Notes under the pieces: generated by a model
What the model was told of the DNA's origin: nothing
The model's database searches: none
The model's input: only the letters and a program-made list of their open reading frames with translations
Origin: Candidatus Poriferisocius sp.
GTDB lineage: Bacteria; Actinomycetota; Acidimicrobiia; Acidimicrobiales; Bin134
NCBI RefSeq assembly: GCF_965204145.1
Contig: NZ_OZ241977.1
Coordinates: forward strand, 2,319,356 to 2,383,355
Length of the DNA stretch: 64,000 nucleotides
Direction of reading: 5' to 3'
Shown: piece by piece, positions 47,959 to 58,123 of the stretch
How the letters are laid out: every line of letters begins with the position of its first letter
How positions within the stretch are numbered: the first letter of the stretch is position 1
Program-made: the position numbers and the translations under genes

Positions 47959-49224
47959 TTAGACGGTGATCACCGATTCGAGGGCGGGATCGGTGTTGAA
48001 GGAGAGGCTTTTGGAGGCGGGGAGTTCTTCTAGCGGGGTGTGGACTTCGGCGATTGGGGGGCCGATGCGGGCGGCGATGGGGGCGAGGGTGTCGGTGTCG
48101 AAGTTGTAGAGGTCGGCGGCCACGTCGGTGAGCATCTTCTGGCACTCGTCGGTGGGCACGTCCCACATGGTGGCGGCGAGGGCTTGGGTGGTGTAGCCGA
48201 TAGAGCCCTCGTCGTGGGGGAAGTCGGCGCCCCACATGATGGTGTCCAGCCCTACTGCGTGGCGGTATTGGACCTCGGAGCGGGGCAGCATGGAAGCGCC
48301 GATGCGGCAGTTGCGCTGCCAGTACTCGATAGGCGACAGCGACAGGCTGTCCACCGTGTCGGACCCGAAGGTCGGGGCGTAGTTGAGGGTACGGGGGTCG
48401 CCGGCGTACTTGCTCTGGATGTTGCGGAGCCGCTGGTCGATGCGGTTCAGCTCTTCAAGGATCCACCGCATCCCCCACATCTCGGTCCACACCACCCGCA
48501 AGTCGGGGAAGCGCTCGAACACCCCGCCCAAGATGAGGTGGATGAGCGTGCGCTTGGGCCACAGCTCGTATTCGGTGAACGTCACTCCCCAGGCCACCGG
48601 ATCGTCGCCCAAATCGGGGCAGCCCGAGCCCATGTGCTGATGGACCGGCATGGCCAGCGAGCTGCACACGTCCCACAGCGGGTCGTAGCGGGGGTGGAAG
48701 AACGGCTCAACGGTGTGGTTGGGTGGGATGGCGGGAATCATCACCCCGCCGATCACCCCGGTCTCGGCCGCCCAACGCACCTCGGCAATGGCGTCGTCAA
48801 GGTCGTTGGGCAAGAGCTGGATGAGGCCCTTGCGCCGCTTGGGCTCGTAGGAGCAGAACTCCACCAACCAGCGGTTGTGGGCTTGCAGGCCGGCCCACCG
48901 GCGGGCGTGGGCCGACGCAGTGTCGGGCACACCGGAAAGGTGGACCAGGATGTCATAGAACGGGGTAAGCGTGTTGGGGAACAGCACCTCGCCGGTGATG
49001 CCCTCGGCGTCGCAGGCCGCGGTGCGGGCATCGCTGTCCCAGTTGACCTTGGCCGCGTCCATGTCCCGCAGGTCGATCCACGGGTTTGTGATGGCCGCCT
49101 CCCAGGCGTCGAAGTCATCGTGCCAGGCGGGATCCAGGAATTCCCTGTAGGTGCGGGTCTGGGCGCCAGCGTGGGTGTCCGACGACAGGATCATGTACCG
49201 CTCGTCGGTCTGGTTTTGGGCCAT
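47959..49224 (-). CDS. Amidohydrolase family protein (amidohydrolase_2)
   Basis: 421 aa with 'ILSSDTHAG' and a body similar to the other PF04909-like paralogs in the window. Confidence 0.8.
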   Translation of the reverse strand: MAQNQTDERYMILSSDTHAGAQTRTYREFLDPAWHDDFDAWEAAITNPWIDLRDMDAAKVNWDSDARTAACDAEGITGEVLFPNTLTPFYDILVHLSGVPDTASAHARRWAGLQAHNRWLVEFCSYEPKRRKGLIQLLPNDLDDAIAEVRWAAETGVIGGVMIPAIPPNHTVEPFFHPRYDPLWDVCSSLAMPVHQHMGSGCPDLGDDPVAWGVTFTEYELWPKRTLIHLILGGVFERFPDLRVVWTEMWGMRWILEELNRIDQRLRNIQSKYAGDPRTLNYAPTFGSDTVDSLSLSPIEYWQRNCRIGASMLPRSEVQYRHAVGLDTIMWGADFPHDEGSIGYTTQALAATMWDVPTDECQKMLTDVAADLYNFDTDTLAPIAARIGPPIAEVHTPLEELPASKSLSFNTDPALESVITV

Positions 49225-49275
49225 GCCCCAGCCTATTGCACTCTCGGCCGGGGATTCCCGGCGTCAGACAGACCG

Positions 49276-50232
49276 CTAGGGCTCGAACACCTGGAGGTCG
49301 GGGCGGTCTTCTAGGAGGTAGTCGTTGGCCAGGTCCTCGGTGAGGTGGCGGCCGGAGAAGGCGTCGAGAGCATCAAGGGTGAGGCCGTCTTCCTGGTAGA
49401 CGGCTACCTCCCGCTGGGGCTCGCTCAGGCGGCTCACGATGTCGCCGGAAATGTGGAAGGTGCGCCCGGTCACATGGCGGGCGGCGTCGGTACACAGCCA
49501 CACCACCATTGGGGCGATCTTGCGGGGGGCATACGCCTCGTCGGTGTCGTCGGGCACCGGGGCAGCTCCTCCCCGAGGGGCCATAGTGATGGCCATGAGG
49601 TCGGTCCACCGGGCGGTGCGGATGGCGTACTCCGCGGTGGACGCCCCCACGGCCCGGGGCCGGATGGCGTTGCACCGCACCCCAAAGCGGCCCAGCTCCC
49701 GGGCGGCGGTGCGGGTCAGGCCGATCACGCCCTCTTTGGCCGCCGAGTAGGCGCAGTGCGACGGGTGGCCGAAGCCCGATCCCGAACTGGTGTTGATGAT
49801 CACGCTGGTGTCCTGCTGCACCAGATGGGGCACGGCGTGTTTGATCATGGCGAAATAGCCCTTGAGGTTGACGTTCACGGTGAGATCCCACTCCTCCTCG
49901 GTGAAGCGCCAGATGTCGTTGTTGCGCCCGGCGGTGGCGTTGTTGATCAGGATGTCGAGGCGGCCGAAGGCGTCCACCGCCTGCTGCACGATCTCGGCTG
50001 CGCCGTCCCAGGTGGCCGAGGTGCTGCTGGCCGCCGCCTCGCCCCCGGCGTCGTTGATCTCACCGGCCACCCGCTCGGCGTTGGCGGCCACCCCGTCGGG
50101 GGTCTTGCGTATGCCCAGGTCGTTGACCAGCACTTTGGCCCCCTCGGAGGCCAGCAGGTGGGCATGCTCTCGCCCGATGCCACCCCCCGCCCCGGTCACG
50201 ACTGCCACCTTGCCTTCTAAACGGTTTCCCAT
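49276..50232 (-). CDS. SDR family oxidoreductase
   Basis: ORF trimmed to the ATG at 50232 ('MGNRLEGKVAVVTGAGGGIGRE'). Carries 'YSAAKEG'. Confidence 0.85.
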   Translation of the reverse strand: MGNRLEGKVAVVTGAGGGIGREHAHLLASEGAKVLVNDLGIRKTPDGVAANAERVAGEINDAGGEAAASSTSATWDGAAEIVQQAVDAFGRLDILINNATAGRNNDIWRFTEEEWDLTVNVNLKGYFAMIKHAVPHLVQQDTSVIINTSSGSGFGHPSHCAYSAAKEGVIGLTRTAARELGRFGVRCNAIRPRAVGASTAEYAIRTARWTDLMAITMAPRGGAAPVPDDTDEAYAPRKIAPMVVWLCTDAARHVTGRTFHISGDIVSRLSEPQREVAVYQEDGLTLDALDAFSGRHLTEDLANDYLLEDRPDLQVFEP

Positions 50233-50276
50233 GGCGGGCACCCTAGTAGCCGGTTGCGGGTCGGCTCCTTTGGGGG

Positions 50277-50681
50277 TCAGAACTGGTTGAACGAGGCGGC
50301 GGCGTCGCCGGGGCGCATCACGAAGAACTCCATGCCGTCGGATCCGCAGGTGAAGGAGTACTCGTGGTTGGCGGCCAGGATGACCGAGTCCTTCGGCCCC
50401 AGCTCCATGGATGGCCCGTCGGCGCCGTTCGGCCACACCTCACACCCGCCCGACACCACAATCAGCAGCTCGTTCTGGTCGTGGCTGTGGGGAGGGACGT
50501 GGTAGCCGGCGGGCATGGTGGTGTACTGGCACCAGAATCCCCCCTCGCCTCGAGCCACGTGCTTGCGCCCGGCGCCCAGCTCCTTGGCTTTTTCGATCAG
50601 CTCTTTGGGGGCGTTGGGGTTCTTGGACTCATCGACCCAGTCGATGTCGTCGAATATCAGCACTCTTGGCTCCGTGCTCAT
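50277..50681 (-). CDS. Cupin domain protein
   Basis: 134 aa with 'HVPPHSHDQNELLIVVSG'. Confidence 0.7.
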   Translation of the reverse strand: MSTEPRVLIFDDIDWVDESKNPNAPKELIEKAKELGAGRKHVARGEGGFWCQYTTMPAGYHVPPHSHDQNELLIVVSGGCEVWPNGADGPSMELGPKDSVILAANHEYSFTCGSDGMEFFVMRPGDAAASFNQF

Positions 50682-50691
50682 TGTTCCTCCG

Positions 50692-51708
50692 TTACTGGGC
50701 CGGGGGCCCGTGGACGAGTTTGGCGAACTCGGTGGCGAACAGCTCCGAGGTGCCCGACTGGTGGGTGGCCCGCCATTGCCGCCACGGGCACACGTCGTCC
50801 CAGCGGTGCAACACCTCGAAGTCCAAGTCGGCGACCACCAGGCCCTCGGTGTCGCTTCCCTCGGCGTAGATGTGGCTGAAATCGGGGAAGTCGGGGCCGC
50901 AGATGAGGCTGTGCCCGGCGTAGTTGGCGGGCAGCGCCCCCTCGAAGCTGTCCTCCAAGCTCTCCCCGAGGTCGATGCCGCCTACCTGGTTCGCCGAGAT
51001 GGTGAAGACGAAGTTCTCCTGCCCCCGGGTGGCGGCCACCCGGCGCATGGACTCCACCTTGTCGGGCCCGCCCGCGAAGGCGGCGGTGGGATTGACGATG
51101 ATCCTGGCCCCTTGGAGGGCCAGAAGGCGGCTGCCCTCGGGGTTCAGCCAGAAGTCGTAGCAGATCTGCACCCCGATGGGGCCGTAGCGGGTTTCGAAGA
51201 CGTCCAGGCTGGTGCCGGGTCGAAACGTCACCCCCTCAGTGACAAATGGGAGCGAGCCCAGGTGCAGCTTTCGATAGGTCCCGAGGATTCCCTCGGGTCC
51301 GATCACCGCGGCGGCGTTGTAGAGGACATCGGGATCGTCGGGATCCTGCTCGATCATGCCCACCACCAGATACATGTCGTGGTCGGCGGACAGCCGGGCC
51401 AGGGCTTCAGTCGACGGCCCGGGCACGGTCTCGGCCAGCTTCCGGTGCAAGTCGCAGGGCTCACCCAGACGCTCACAATCGTCGCAGTGGATCGCCCCGG
51501 TCAGCGCCTCTTCGGGAAATACCAGCAAGCCCACCCCCGCCTCGGCGGCCTCGGCAATCCAATCGGTGATCTTGTCCAGGTTGGCGGCCACGTCGGCGGG
51601 AACGGGGGTGAAGTCCACCGCTCCCGCCCGCAGCCGGGTCTCGTAGCCGGAATAGCGCTCAGGGATCACGGTCGTATTATCGCCTGTTTGAGCCGACTCA
51701 GCCTCCAC
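50692..51708 (-). CDS. Carbon-nitrogen hydrolase (nitrilase superfamily)
   Basis: 'LLVFPEEALTG', 'YRKLHL' and 'GVQICYDFW' provide the E-K-C triad contexts. The start at 51708 is a GTG overlapping the upstream gene, and a GTG at 51669 is an alternative. Confidence 0.8.
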   Translation of the reverse strand: MEAESAQTGDNTTVIPERYSGYETRLRAGAVDFTPVPADVAANLDKITDWIAEAAEAGVGLLVFPEEALTGAIHCDDCERLGEPCDLHRKLAETVPGPSTEALARLSADHDMYLVVGMIEQDPDDPDVLYNAAAVIGPEGILGTYRKLHLGSLPFVTEGVTFRPGTSLDVFETRYGPIGVQICYDFWLNPEGSRLLALQGARIIVNPTAAFAGGPDKVESMRRVAATRGQENFVFTISANQVGGIDLGESLEDSFEGALPANYAGHSLICGPDFPDFSHIYAEGSDTEGLVVADLDFEVLHRWDDVCPWRQWRATHQSGTSELFATEFAKLVHGPPAQ

Positions 51709-52600
51709 CCGGTGAGGTCTTGGCTGCGGAGCGGACTTTGGGGGCGTTTTTCCAGTGGGGTACGCCGTGCTCCTCGGTGGCGATCCACCACTCGCCGTTG
51801 GTGATGGAGGCCCAGTGGGAGTGGTTGAGCTGGTGGAGGGTGAAGCACGCCGACAGGGCGGTGTTGAAGCCTTGGGCGTCCATGGTCTGGTTCACCGCCT
51901 CTTTGACCAGCAACGCGGCCATGGTGGGCACCGCGGCGATGCGCTGGGCGAACTCCAGGGTCTGCTCTGACAGGGTCTCGTTGGGGAACACCTTGGCCAC
52001 CATGCCCAGTGCGTGGGCCTCGTGGACGTCGATGGAGTCGCCGGTGAGCAGCAGCTCCTTGGTCTTGCGGGGGCCGAATTCCCACGGGTGGGCGAAGTAC
52101 TCCACACCCATCATGCCCAGCCGGGTGCCCACCACATCGGCGAAGGAGGCGTCCTCGGCACCCACGATCAGATCGCAACTCCACATGAGCATCAGCCCGG
52201 CGGCCAGCACCGGCCCCTGCACCTGGGCGATGGTGATCTTGCGGAGGTTGCGCCACCGCTTGGTGTTCTCGAAGAAGTAGTGCCACTCCTGGAGCATCAG
52301 CTTCTCCGACCCCCGGCGCTGCCCGCCGTTGATCTGCCAGGTGGGGTGCTGGTTGGGGCCGGGCATGCGCTCCTCGATGCTCTCCTTGGTGCCCATGTCG
52401 TGGCCGGCCGAGAACATCGGTCCCACTCCGCCCAGGATCACCACCCGCACGTCGTCGTCGGCCTCGGCCACCAGGAAGGCCTCGTTGAGCTCCACCAGCA
52501 TCCCTCGGTTCTGGGCGTTGCGGGCCTCGGGGCGGTTCAGCATGATGCGGGCGACCTTGCCGTCGTCCAGCGTCTCGTAGGTCAGGTACTGGTAGTCCAT
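51698..52600 (-). CDS. Enoyl-CoA hydratase/isomerase family protein
   Basis: ORF trimmed to the ATG at 52600 ('MDYQYLTYETLDDGKVARIMLNRPEARNA'). Confidence 0.85.
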   Translation of the reverse strand: MDYQYLTYETLDDGKVARIMLNRPEARNAQNRGMLVELNEAFLVAEADDDVRVVILGGVGPMFSAGHDMGTKESIEERMPGPNQHPTWQINGGQRRGSEKLMLQEWHYFFENTKRWRNLRKITIAQVQGPVLAAGLMLMWSCDLIVGAEDASFADVVGTRLGMMGVEYFAHPWEFGPRKTKELLLTGDSIDVHEAHALGMVAKVFPNETLSEQTLEFAQRIAAVPTMAALLVKEAVNQTMDAQGFNTALSACFTLHQLNHSHWASITNGEWWIATEEHGVPHWKNAPKVRSAAKTSPGGG

Positions 52601-52704
52601 TTCCCTAGTCTCGCCCATCAGAAGATGCGGTGCGCTGCCGGGCTCGGCTCTAGGGTCCCTGGTTCTATTGTCACTGTTGGCGTCCCCCAACCCGCGGAGC
52701 ACCC

Positions 52705-53784
52705 ATGACTGAGCAAACCAGCATCGAGTCCCACCACATCGACACCGCCGGTCTGCGGTTCCACTATCTGGCCGCAGGCGACGAGGAGGCCCCGCCGGTG
52801 GTGCTGTTGCACGGCTTCCCCCAGACCTCGCACATGTGGCGCCACCAGATCCCGGTGCTCGCCGAGCACTACCGGGTCTACGCCCCCGACACCCGAGGCT
52901 ATGGCGGCACCGACAAGCCCCGCATTCGGGTCACCCGTGATCTTTTGGCCCGCGACATCGTGGACTTCATCGACGCCCTGGGCATTGAGCAGTGCTCGCT
53001 TGTGGGCCACGACTGGGGCGGGGTCATCGCCTTCAAGGCGGCTTTGGAATATCCCGACCGTTTCACGCGGCTGGGGCTGGTGGACACGCTGTGCACGGTG
53101 TGGATCCCGTGGGGCATCCACGGTTACTGGTTCAAGTGCGAGCCCGAGGCCGAGCAGTTCTGGGAGCGCTACGCCAGCGAGTTCATCAGCTCGATTTTCG
53201 GCGGCATCGAGGGCAGCTACGGCCCGCCGCCCCACTCACCGTGGAAGGCGCCCGTGGCCGACAGCGAGGCCCAAGACCCCGGCGGGGCCATGGCCGACTG
53301 GGACCCTTCCAAGCATTGGAATGCCGACGACGTGGAGCACTACCGGGCGGCCTTCGACCAGCCCGGAGCGCACTTCCACGCCATCTCGTACTACCGGGAC
53401 GCCCTGCCGTTCCACTTCCCCGACGCCGACGGCAACCTGGTGTATCGAACCCCGGCCCAGGTGGCCGAGATGTGGAACCATCCCGGCCTGCTCTTCAGTC
53501 ACCCCGACTTCGGCGTGTTTCCGGTGTACGGCCCCGAAGACCTCAGCCGCACCTACCCCCATCCCGCGCTGTACTTGTACTCGGCGTTCTTGATGCCCCA
53601 GGCCTTCGAAGACGGGTTTCCTGCCGACGACCACATCCCCCACGGCAACCCCTACGCCGACTCTTTCGTGGACCACTTCCCCGACTACCGGGCCCGCCCC
53701 GCCGCCAGCGGCCACTTCATCCCTGAAGAAGACCCAGAACGCACGAACGAAGTGCTCCTAGCCTTTTTGGCTGGCGAGATCTGA
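52705..53784 (+). CDS. Alpha/beta hydrolase (epoxide-hydrolase-like)
   Basis: 359 aa with 'VVLLHGFPQTSHMWRHQ' and the nucleophile elbow 'VGHDWGG'. Confidence 0.85.
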   Translation: MTEQTSIESHHIDTAGLRFHYLAAGDEEAPPVVLLHGFPQTSHMWRHQIPVLAEHYRVYAPDTRGYGGTDKPRIRVTRDLLARDIVDFIDALGIEQCSLVGHDWGGVIAFKAALEYPDRFTRLGLVDTLCTVWIPWGIHGYWFKCEPEAEQFWERYASEFISSIFGGIEGSYGPPPHSPWKAPVADSEAQDPGGAMADWDPSKHWNADDVEHYRAAFDQPGAHFHAISYYRDALPFHFPDADGNLVYRTPAQVAEMWNHPGLLFSHPDFGVFPVYGPEDLSRTYPHPALYLYSAFLMPQAFEDGFPADDHIPHGNPYADSFVDHFPDYRARPAASGHFIPEEDPERTNEVLLAFLAGEI

Positions 53785-53795
53785 CAAAGCCGGCG

Positions 53796-55925
53796 CTAAG
53801 CGCGATTGAATCGGCGCAGGCGGAGGCTGTTGGTGACTACGAACAGAGAGGAGCCGACCATGGCTGCGGCGGCGACAATCGGCTCCAGCACCCCGGCGAC
53901 GGCTAGGGGTATGGCGGCGGTGTTGTAGACGAAGGCCCAGAAATAGTTGCCCCGGATGGTGTTCATGGTCCGGCGGCTCAGAGCGATGGCGTCGGCCACC
54001 ACGCTCAGATCGGACGACATGATGGTGATGTCGGCGGCCTCGGCGGCCACGTCGGCCCCGGTGCCGATGGCGATGCCGATGTCGGCCTGGCTGAGGGCAG
54101 GAGCGTCGTTGATGCCGTCGCCCACCATGGCCACCCGGCGGCCCTCGGCTTGGAGGCGGGCGATCTCGGCGGCCTTGCCGTCGGGTCCCACGCCGGCCAC
54201 CACCCGGTCGATGCCCAGCTCGTCGCCCGCGGCCTGGGCCCGGCGGGGATGATCGCCGGTCAACAGCACAGTGTCGAGTCCCAGGGACTTGAGCGCGGCC
54301 ACCGCCGGCGGGGCGGTGGCCCGCAGTCGGTCGTCTACGGTGATCACCGCCTCGGCCACTGAGTCCCGGCCCACCAGCACCGCCACCCGGCCCATGGCCT
54401 CCACCTCGGCGGCGGCTCCGTCCACGGCCTCAGGCACTTGATGGAAAAGGGCCCGCTTGCCCACCCGGACCTCGCTGCCGTCCACCGTGGCGACCGCCCC
54501 GGTGCCGGGGTGATTCTCAAAGCCGGTTATCGGCTGTCCGTTGTCTGCCGCCGAGGCAATAGCCCGACCGATGGGGTGCTCCGAGCGGGACTCCACCGCG
54601 GCGGCCAAGGCCAGCAGCGCGTCGGGGTCGCCGCCGGGGGCGACGATCTCCACCACCTCCATGCGGGCCTCGGTGACGGTGCCGGTCTTGTCGAACACCA
54701 CGGTGTCGAGCTGTCGGGTGTCTTCCAGCATCTCGCCGCCCTTGACGATGATCCCGAGCTGCGATCCCCGCCCGGTGCCCACCATCACCGCCAACGGCGT
54801 GGCCAGCCCCAACGCGCAGGGGCAGGCCACGATCAGCACTGCCACCGCGGCGGTGAACGCCTCCGATGCCGGCTGTCCGGCGGCCAACCAGCCGATCAGC
54901 GTGCCCACCGCGATCACCACCGCGACGGGCACAAACACCGCGGAGATCCGGTCGGCCAGGCGCTGGATGCGGGTGCGGTTGGTCTGGGCCTGCTCCACCA
55001 GCCGCATGATCCGGGCCAGCACGGTGTCGGCCCCCACGCTGGTGGCCTCCACCACCAGCGATCCGTTGGCGTTGACCGAGGCCCCCAGCACGGCGTCGCC
55101 CGGCCCGACCTCTTCGGGGACCGGCTCGCCAGTGACCATGGAGATGTCCACCGCGGAGGCACCGTCGACCACCACTCCGTCAGTGGCGATCCTCTCCCCC
55201 GGGCGCACCACGAACCTGCTGCCCACCTGGAGGCTGGCCACCGGCACGTCGGATCCATCCTCCAACCGGGCCACCGGGGCCACCAGCACGGCCAATGCCC
55301 GCAGGGCGTCTCCCGACCGGCGCCGGGCCCGTTCTTCCAGATAGCGGCCGAGCAGGATCAGCACCACGATCACTGCTCCGGTCTCGAAATAGAGGTGGCC
55401 GTCGCCGATCTGGGCGGCCAGCACCACCGTCGACCAAATCCACGCTGCGGCGGTGCCCAACGCCACCAACGTGTCCATGGTGGCGGTCCGGTGCTTGAGC
55501 TGGGCCCACGCCCGTTGGTGGAACCCCCAGCCCGACCCGAATACCACTCCGGCAGCCAGTACCGCGGCCAGCCAGTCCGATGCCTGAAAACCCAGGTCGA
55601 AGGCCAAGGCGTCCACCATCGTCAGCAGTGCCACGAGGGCACCAATCACTGCTGCGACAATCAGCCGATGCACTCGGGTGGGCTCCACTGAGTGCCCATC
55701 GCTGAAGCCCTCGGGCAAGCGGGCGCCGTATCCGGCGGCAATGACCGCGCCCTGCAATTCGGCATCGTCGACGCTGTCGCGACAAGCCACCGAGGCCCGG
55801 CCCGAGGCGTAATTCACGCGGGCTTCGATCACGCCTTCTACGCCAGCCAGGCTGCGCTCAATCTGCGCGACGCACGACGAGCAGGTCATGCCGTCTACCA
55901 GAAGCGTCGCCCGGCGCATCGCCAT
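53796..55925 (-). CDS. copA: Copper-translocating P1B-type ATPase
   Basis: HMA domain 'GMTCSSCV', transmembrane 'CPC', 'DKTGTVT' and 'GDGINDAPAL'. Confidence 0.9.
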   Translation of the reverse strand: MAMRRATLLVDGMTCSSCVAQIERSLAGVEGVIEARVNYASGRASVACRDSVDDAELQGAVIAAGYGARLPEGFSDGHSVEPTRVHRLIVAAVIGALVALLTMVDALAFDLGFQASDWLAAVLAAGVVFGSGWGFHQRAWAQLKHRTATMDTLVALGTAAAWIWSTVVLAAQIGDGHLYFETGAVIVVLILLGRYLEERARRRSGDALRALAVLVAPVARLEDGSDVPVASLQVGSRFVVRPGERIATDGVVVDGASAVDISMVTGEPVPEEVGPGDAVLGASVNANGSLVVEATSVGADTVLARIMRLVEQAQTNRTRIQRLADRISAVFVPVAVVIAVGTLIGWLAAGQPASEAFTAAVAVLIVACPCALGLATPLAVMVGTGRGSQLGIIVKGGEMLEDTRQLDTVVFDKTGTVTEARMEVVEIVAPGGDPDALLALAAAVESRSEHPIGRAIASAADNGQPITGFENHPGTGAVATVDGSEVRVGKRALFHQVPEAVDGAAAEVEAMGRVAVLVGRDSVAEAVITVDDRLRATAPPAVAALKSLGLDTVLLTGDHPRRAQAAGDELGIDRVVAGVGPDGKAAEIARLQAEGRRVAMVGDGINDAPALSQADIGIAIGTGADVAAEAADITIMSSDLSVVADAIALSRRTMNTIRGNYFWAFVYNTAAIPLAVAGVLEPIVAAAAMVGSSLFVVTNSLRLRRFNRA

Positions 55926-55954
55926 GCATCAAGCTTACGGTTTAGAGGGGAGGA

Positions 55955-56356
55955 TTATTCCTGAACCAGCTCGATGAGGGTGCCCAAGGCCCCCTTGGGG
56001 TGGATGAAGGCCACGGTGGTCCCCCGGGACCCGGGGCGGGGTTCGGCATCGATCGGGGTGGCTCCAGCGGCAACCATGGCCTCAAGGGCGGCCGCGCAAT
56101 CGTCGACGCGATAGCCGACGTGGTGAATGCCCTCACCCCGCTTTTCCAGAAACTTGGCGATGGGTGAATCCTCGCGGGTGGCCGTGGTGAGCTGGACATA
56201 GGAGTCGGCCACCTTGATCAGGGCTTCCTCCACACCGTCGTTCTCGACGATCTCGCGGTGCACCACGGAAGCCCCGAATGCCGTCTCATAGAACGAGATG
56301 GCCCGCTCTAGGTCGTGGACCGCGATGGCGACGTGATCGATCTCAGTGAGAAGCAT
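55955..56356 (-). CDS. mce: Methylmalonyl-CoA epimerase
   Basis: 133 aa with 'IDHVAIAVHDLERAISFY', 'GIHHVGYRVDD' and 'VAFIHPKGALGTLIELVQ'. Confidence 0.85.
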   Translation of the reverse strand: MLLTEIDHVAIAVHDLERAISFYETAFGASVVHREIVENDGVEEALIKVADSYVQLTTATREDSPIAKFLEKRGEGIHHVGYRVDDCAAALEAMVAAGATPIDAEPRPGSRGTTVAFIHPKGALGTLIELVQE

Positions 56357-56411
56357 GGCCTGGTCAGTCTAGGCCCACCCTCGGTCTATTCCTGCTGTTC
56401 AAGCCCGCTGG

Positions 56412-56810
56412 TCAGGCCGCTTCGCGCTGAGCGGTCTCGCCCTCCAGGGCCTCCCAAAGATGGTCGCGCAGGACTTCGGCATCGATGCCGTCCATCTGGT
56501 TGGCCGCCACCACACCCTCGATCATGTCGGCCAGCACCGCTTCCCAGACACGGTTTCGAACCATCACCGAAACGGTCACCGAACCGTCGTCATGGCGGGC
56601 CAGCGTGCGGCGGCGACCAACCTCCCGAGGCGGGCTGCGAAAGCTGGGCATGACCATCTCTTGGCCCCGCACTGCCATACCCAGCAGCCGGGCCGCTTCG
56701 GCAAAGGCCAGACACCGTCCGGTGGTGCTCTCCTGTCGCTGATTGCCGCCGCGGATGACCCGCATCCCCTGGGGCTCTCCCTCCTGGCTTTTCTCATTGA
56801 TTTCTCTCAT
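56412..56810 (-). CDS. Hypothetical protein
   Basis: 132-aa ORF with no recognised motif. The start is uncertain. Confidence 0.35.
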   Translation of the reverse strand: MREINEKSQEGEPQGMRVIRGGNQRQESTTGRCLAFAEAARLLGMAVRGQEMVMPSFRSPPREVGRRRTLARHDDGSVTVSVMVRNRVWEAVLADMIEGVVAANQMDGIDAEVLRDHLWEALEGETAQREAA

Positions 56811-56853
56811 GCACCCAGTATCCCGATAGGAGTGACAGTTTCTCCATCGGGCG

Positions 56854-58086
56854 CTAATTCAGATCGAGGACCTTGGTGCGGCCGCTTGTCACCCACCACA
56901 GAGCGGTGGCAGCCAAGAGAACACCGGCCCCGCCCACGGCGATGCGGGGGCCGATCACATCGGCCAGAAAACCTTGAAGCTGGGCGCCGAGGGGAAGCCC
57001 GGCCAACAGGGTCATGAGGTAGAGAGCCAGCACTTTGGCTCGAATCGCCTCCTCTACTTGGAGCTGGATAACGGTATTGAGGGAAGACGCGGTGGCGATG
57101 TGGGATGCGCCCAGAACTGCCAAAGCAACCACAGCCAGCCAGTAGTAGGGAGACAAAGCGAACCCCAGTAGAGCCAAACCGTACACCGGCCAGCCCAAAC
57201 CCACGAGGCGACTACGGGGGATTTGGCTGCCCTTTATGGCGACGAACGGGGTGTTGAGCACTGCCCCGACCCCGCTGGCTGCGGCCAGGATGCCGTACTT
57301 GAATTCACCGACATGGAAGACGTCGTCGGCGAAGATCACCACCAAGTGGATAATGGGCTGCCCAAAAAAGGCCACCACCCCGGCAATCAATATGGCCCGC
57401 CGGATTCCCGCGTGGGTAGTTGCATAGCGCACCGCAGCTGCGGCGTCTTTGAATATGTTCGGACGACCATCTTCAGTAGAGGCCAGGCGCGGTACCCGGA
57501 TCAGTGCCAAGACCAGCACCGCAGGCACGTACGTCAGGGAATTGACCAGAAACGACCATCCCGGTCCGCCAAACGCCAGCACCATTCCACCGATTGCGGG
57601 CCCGACCGCCCGCGAGGCGTTGAACTGGGCTGAGTTCAGGGTGACCGCGTTCAACAAGGCTCCGCGGGGCACCAGCTCGCTGACAAACGCCTGCCAGGCC
57701 GGCAGCTGGATGCCGTTGACGCACCCGTTCACCACTCCGAGGGCGATGTACGCCAGCGGCCGGTCCACTCCGCCGGCCCACATCGCCGCGAACCCCAGCG
57801 CGATCAGCGATTGGGCCGAGTTGGTGAATATCAGCATGACGCGTCGGGGGAACCTGTCGGCCAGCGCCCCTCCCACCATTCCCAAACCCACCGCGGGCAG
57901 CGTCTGCATCATGGCACCCAGCCCCACCCACGTGCCGCTGTCGGTCAGCTCCTTGATCACGAAAGCAAGCGCGATCATCTGAACCCATACCCCGGAGTTG
58001 GACACGATGGCACCGGAGAGAAACAGACGGTAGTTGCGGTAGGACAGTGCCCGGCTGGCGCGTCGAGGCTGCCGGGAATCGGTCAC
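56854..58086 (-). CDS. MFS transporter
   Basis: 410 aa with about 12 hydrophobic spans and 'GALADRFPRR' (MFS loop 2-3 motif). Confidence 0.85.
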   Translation of the reverse strand: MTDSRQPRRASRALSYRNYRLFLSGAIVSNSGVWVQMIALAFVIKELTDSGTWVGLGAMMQTLPAVGLGMVGGALADRFPRRVMLIFTNSAQSLIALGFAAMWAGGVDRPLAYIALGVVNGCVNGIQLPAWQAFVSELVPRGALLNAVTLNSAQFNASRAVGPAIGGMVLAFGGPGWSFLVNSLTYVPAVLVLALIRVPRLASTEDGRPNIFKDAAAAVRYATTHAGIRRAILIAGVVAFFGQPIIHLVVIFADDVFHVGEFKYGILAAASGVGAVLNTPFVAIKGSQIPRSRLVGLGWPVYGLALLGFALSPYYWLAVVALAVLGASHIATASSLNTVIQLQVEEAIRAKVLALYLMTLLAGLPLGAQLQGFLADVIGPRIAVGGAGVLLAATALWWVTSGRTKVLDLN

Positions 58087-58123
58087 TGCGCCAACTTATT
58101 CGCTGCACCCCTATTGTCGTGGC

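Noticed and set aside
48040-49314. Long antisense ORFs opposite well-supported genes. Examples: 48040..49314 (+), 3392..4201, 4738..5928, 7410..8540, 17177..18061, 22152..23519, 27800..29368, 34138..35307, 50515..51804, 54438..55691 and 57473..58684.
   Set aside because: They are fully nested against genes with clear family motifs. Their translations are Gly/Arg/Pro/His/Val-rich low-complexity strings, typical of stop-poor antisense frames in high-GC DNA. None has a recognisable motif.
53796-55925. The Cu P-type ATPase as the core of a metal-resistance island.
   Set aside because: It is a single gene at backbone GC. No adjacent CsoR/CopZ/MCO genes or mobility genes are present, so it is ordinary chromosomal copper homeostasis.
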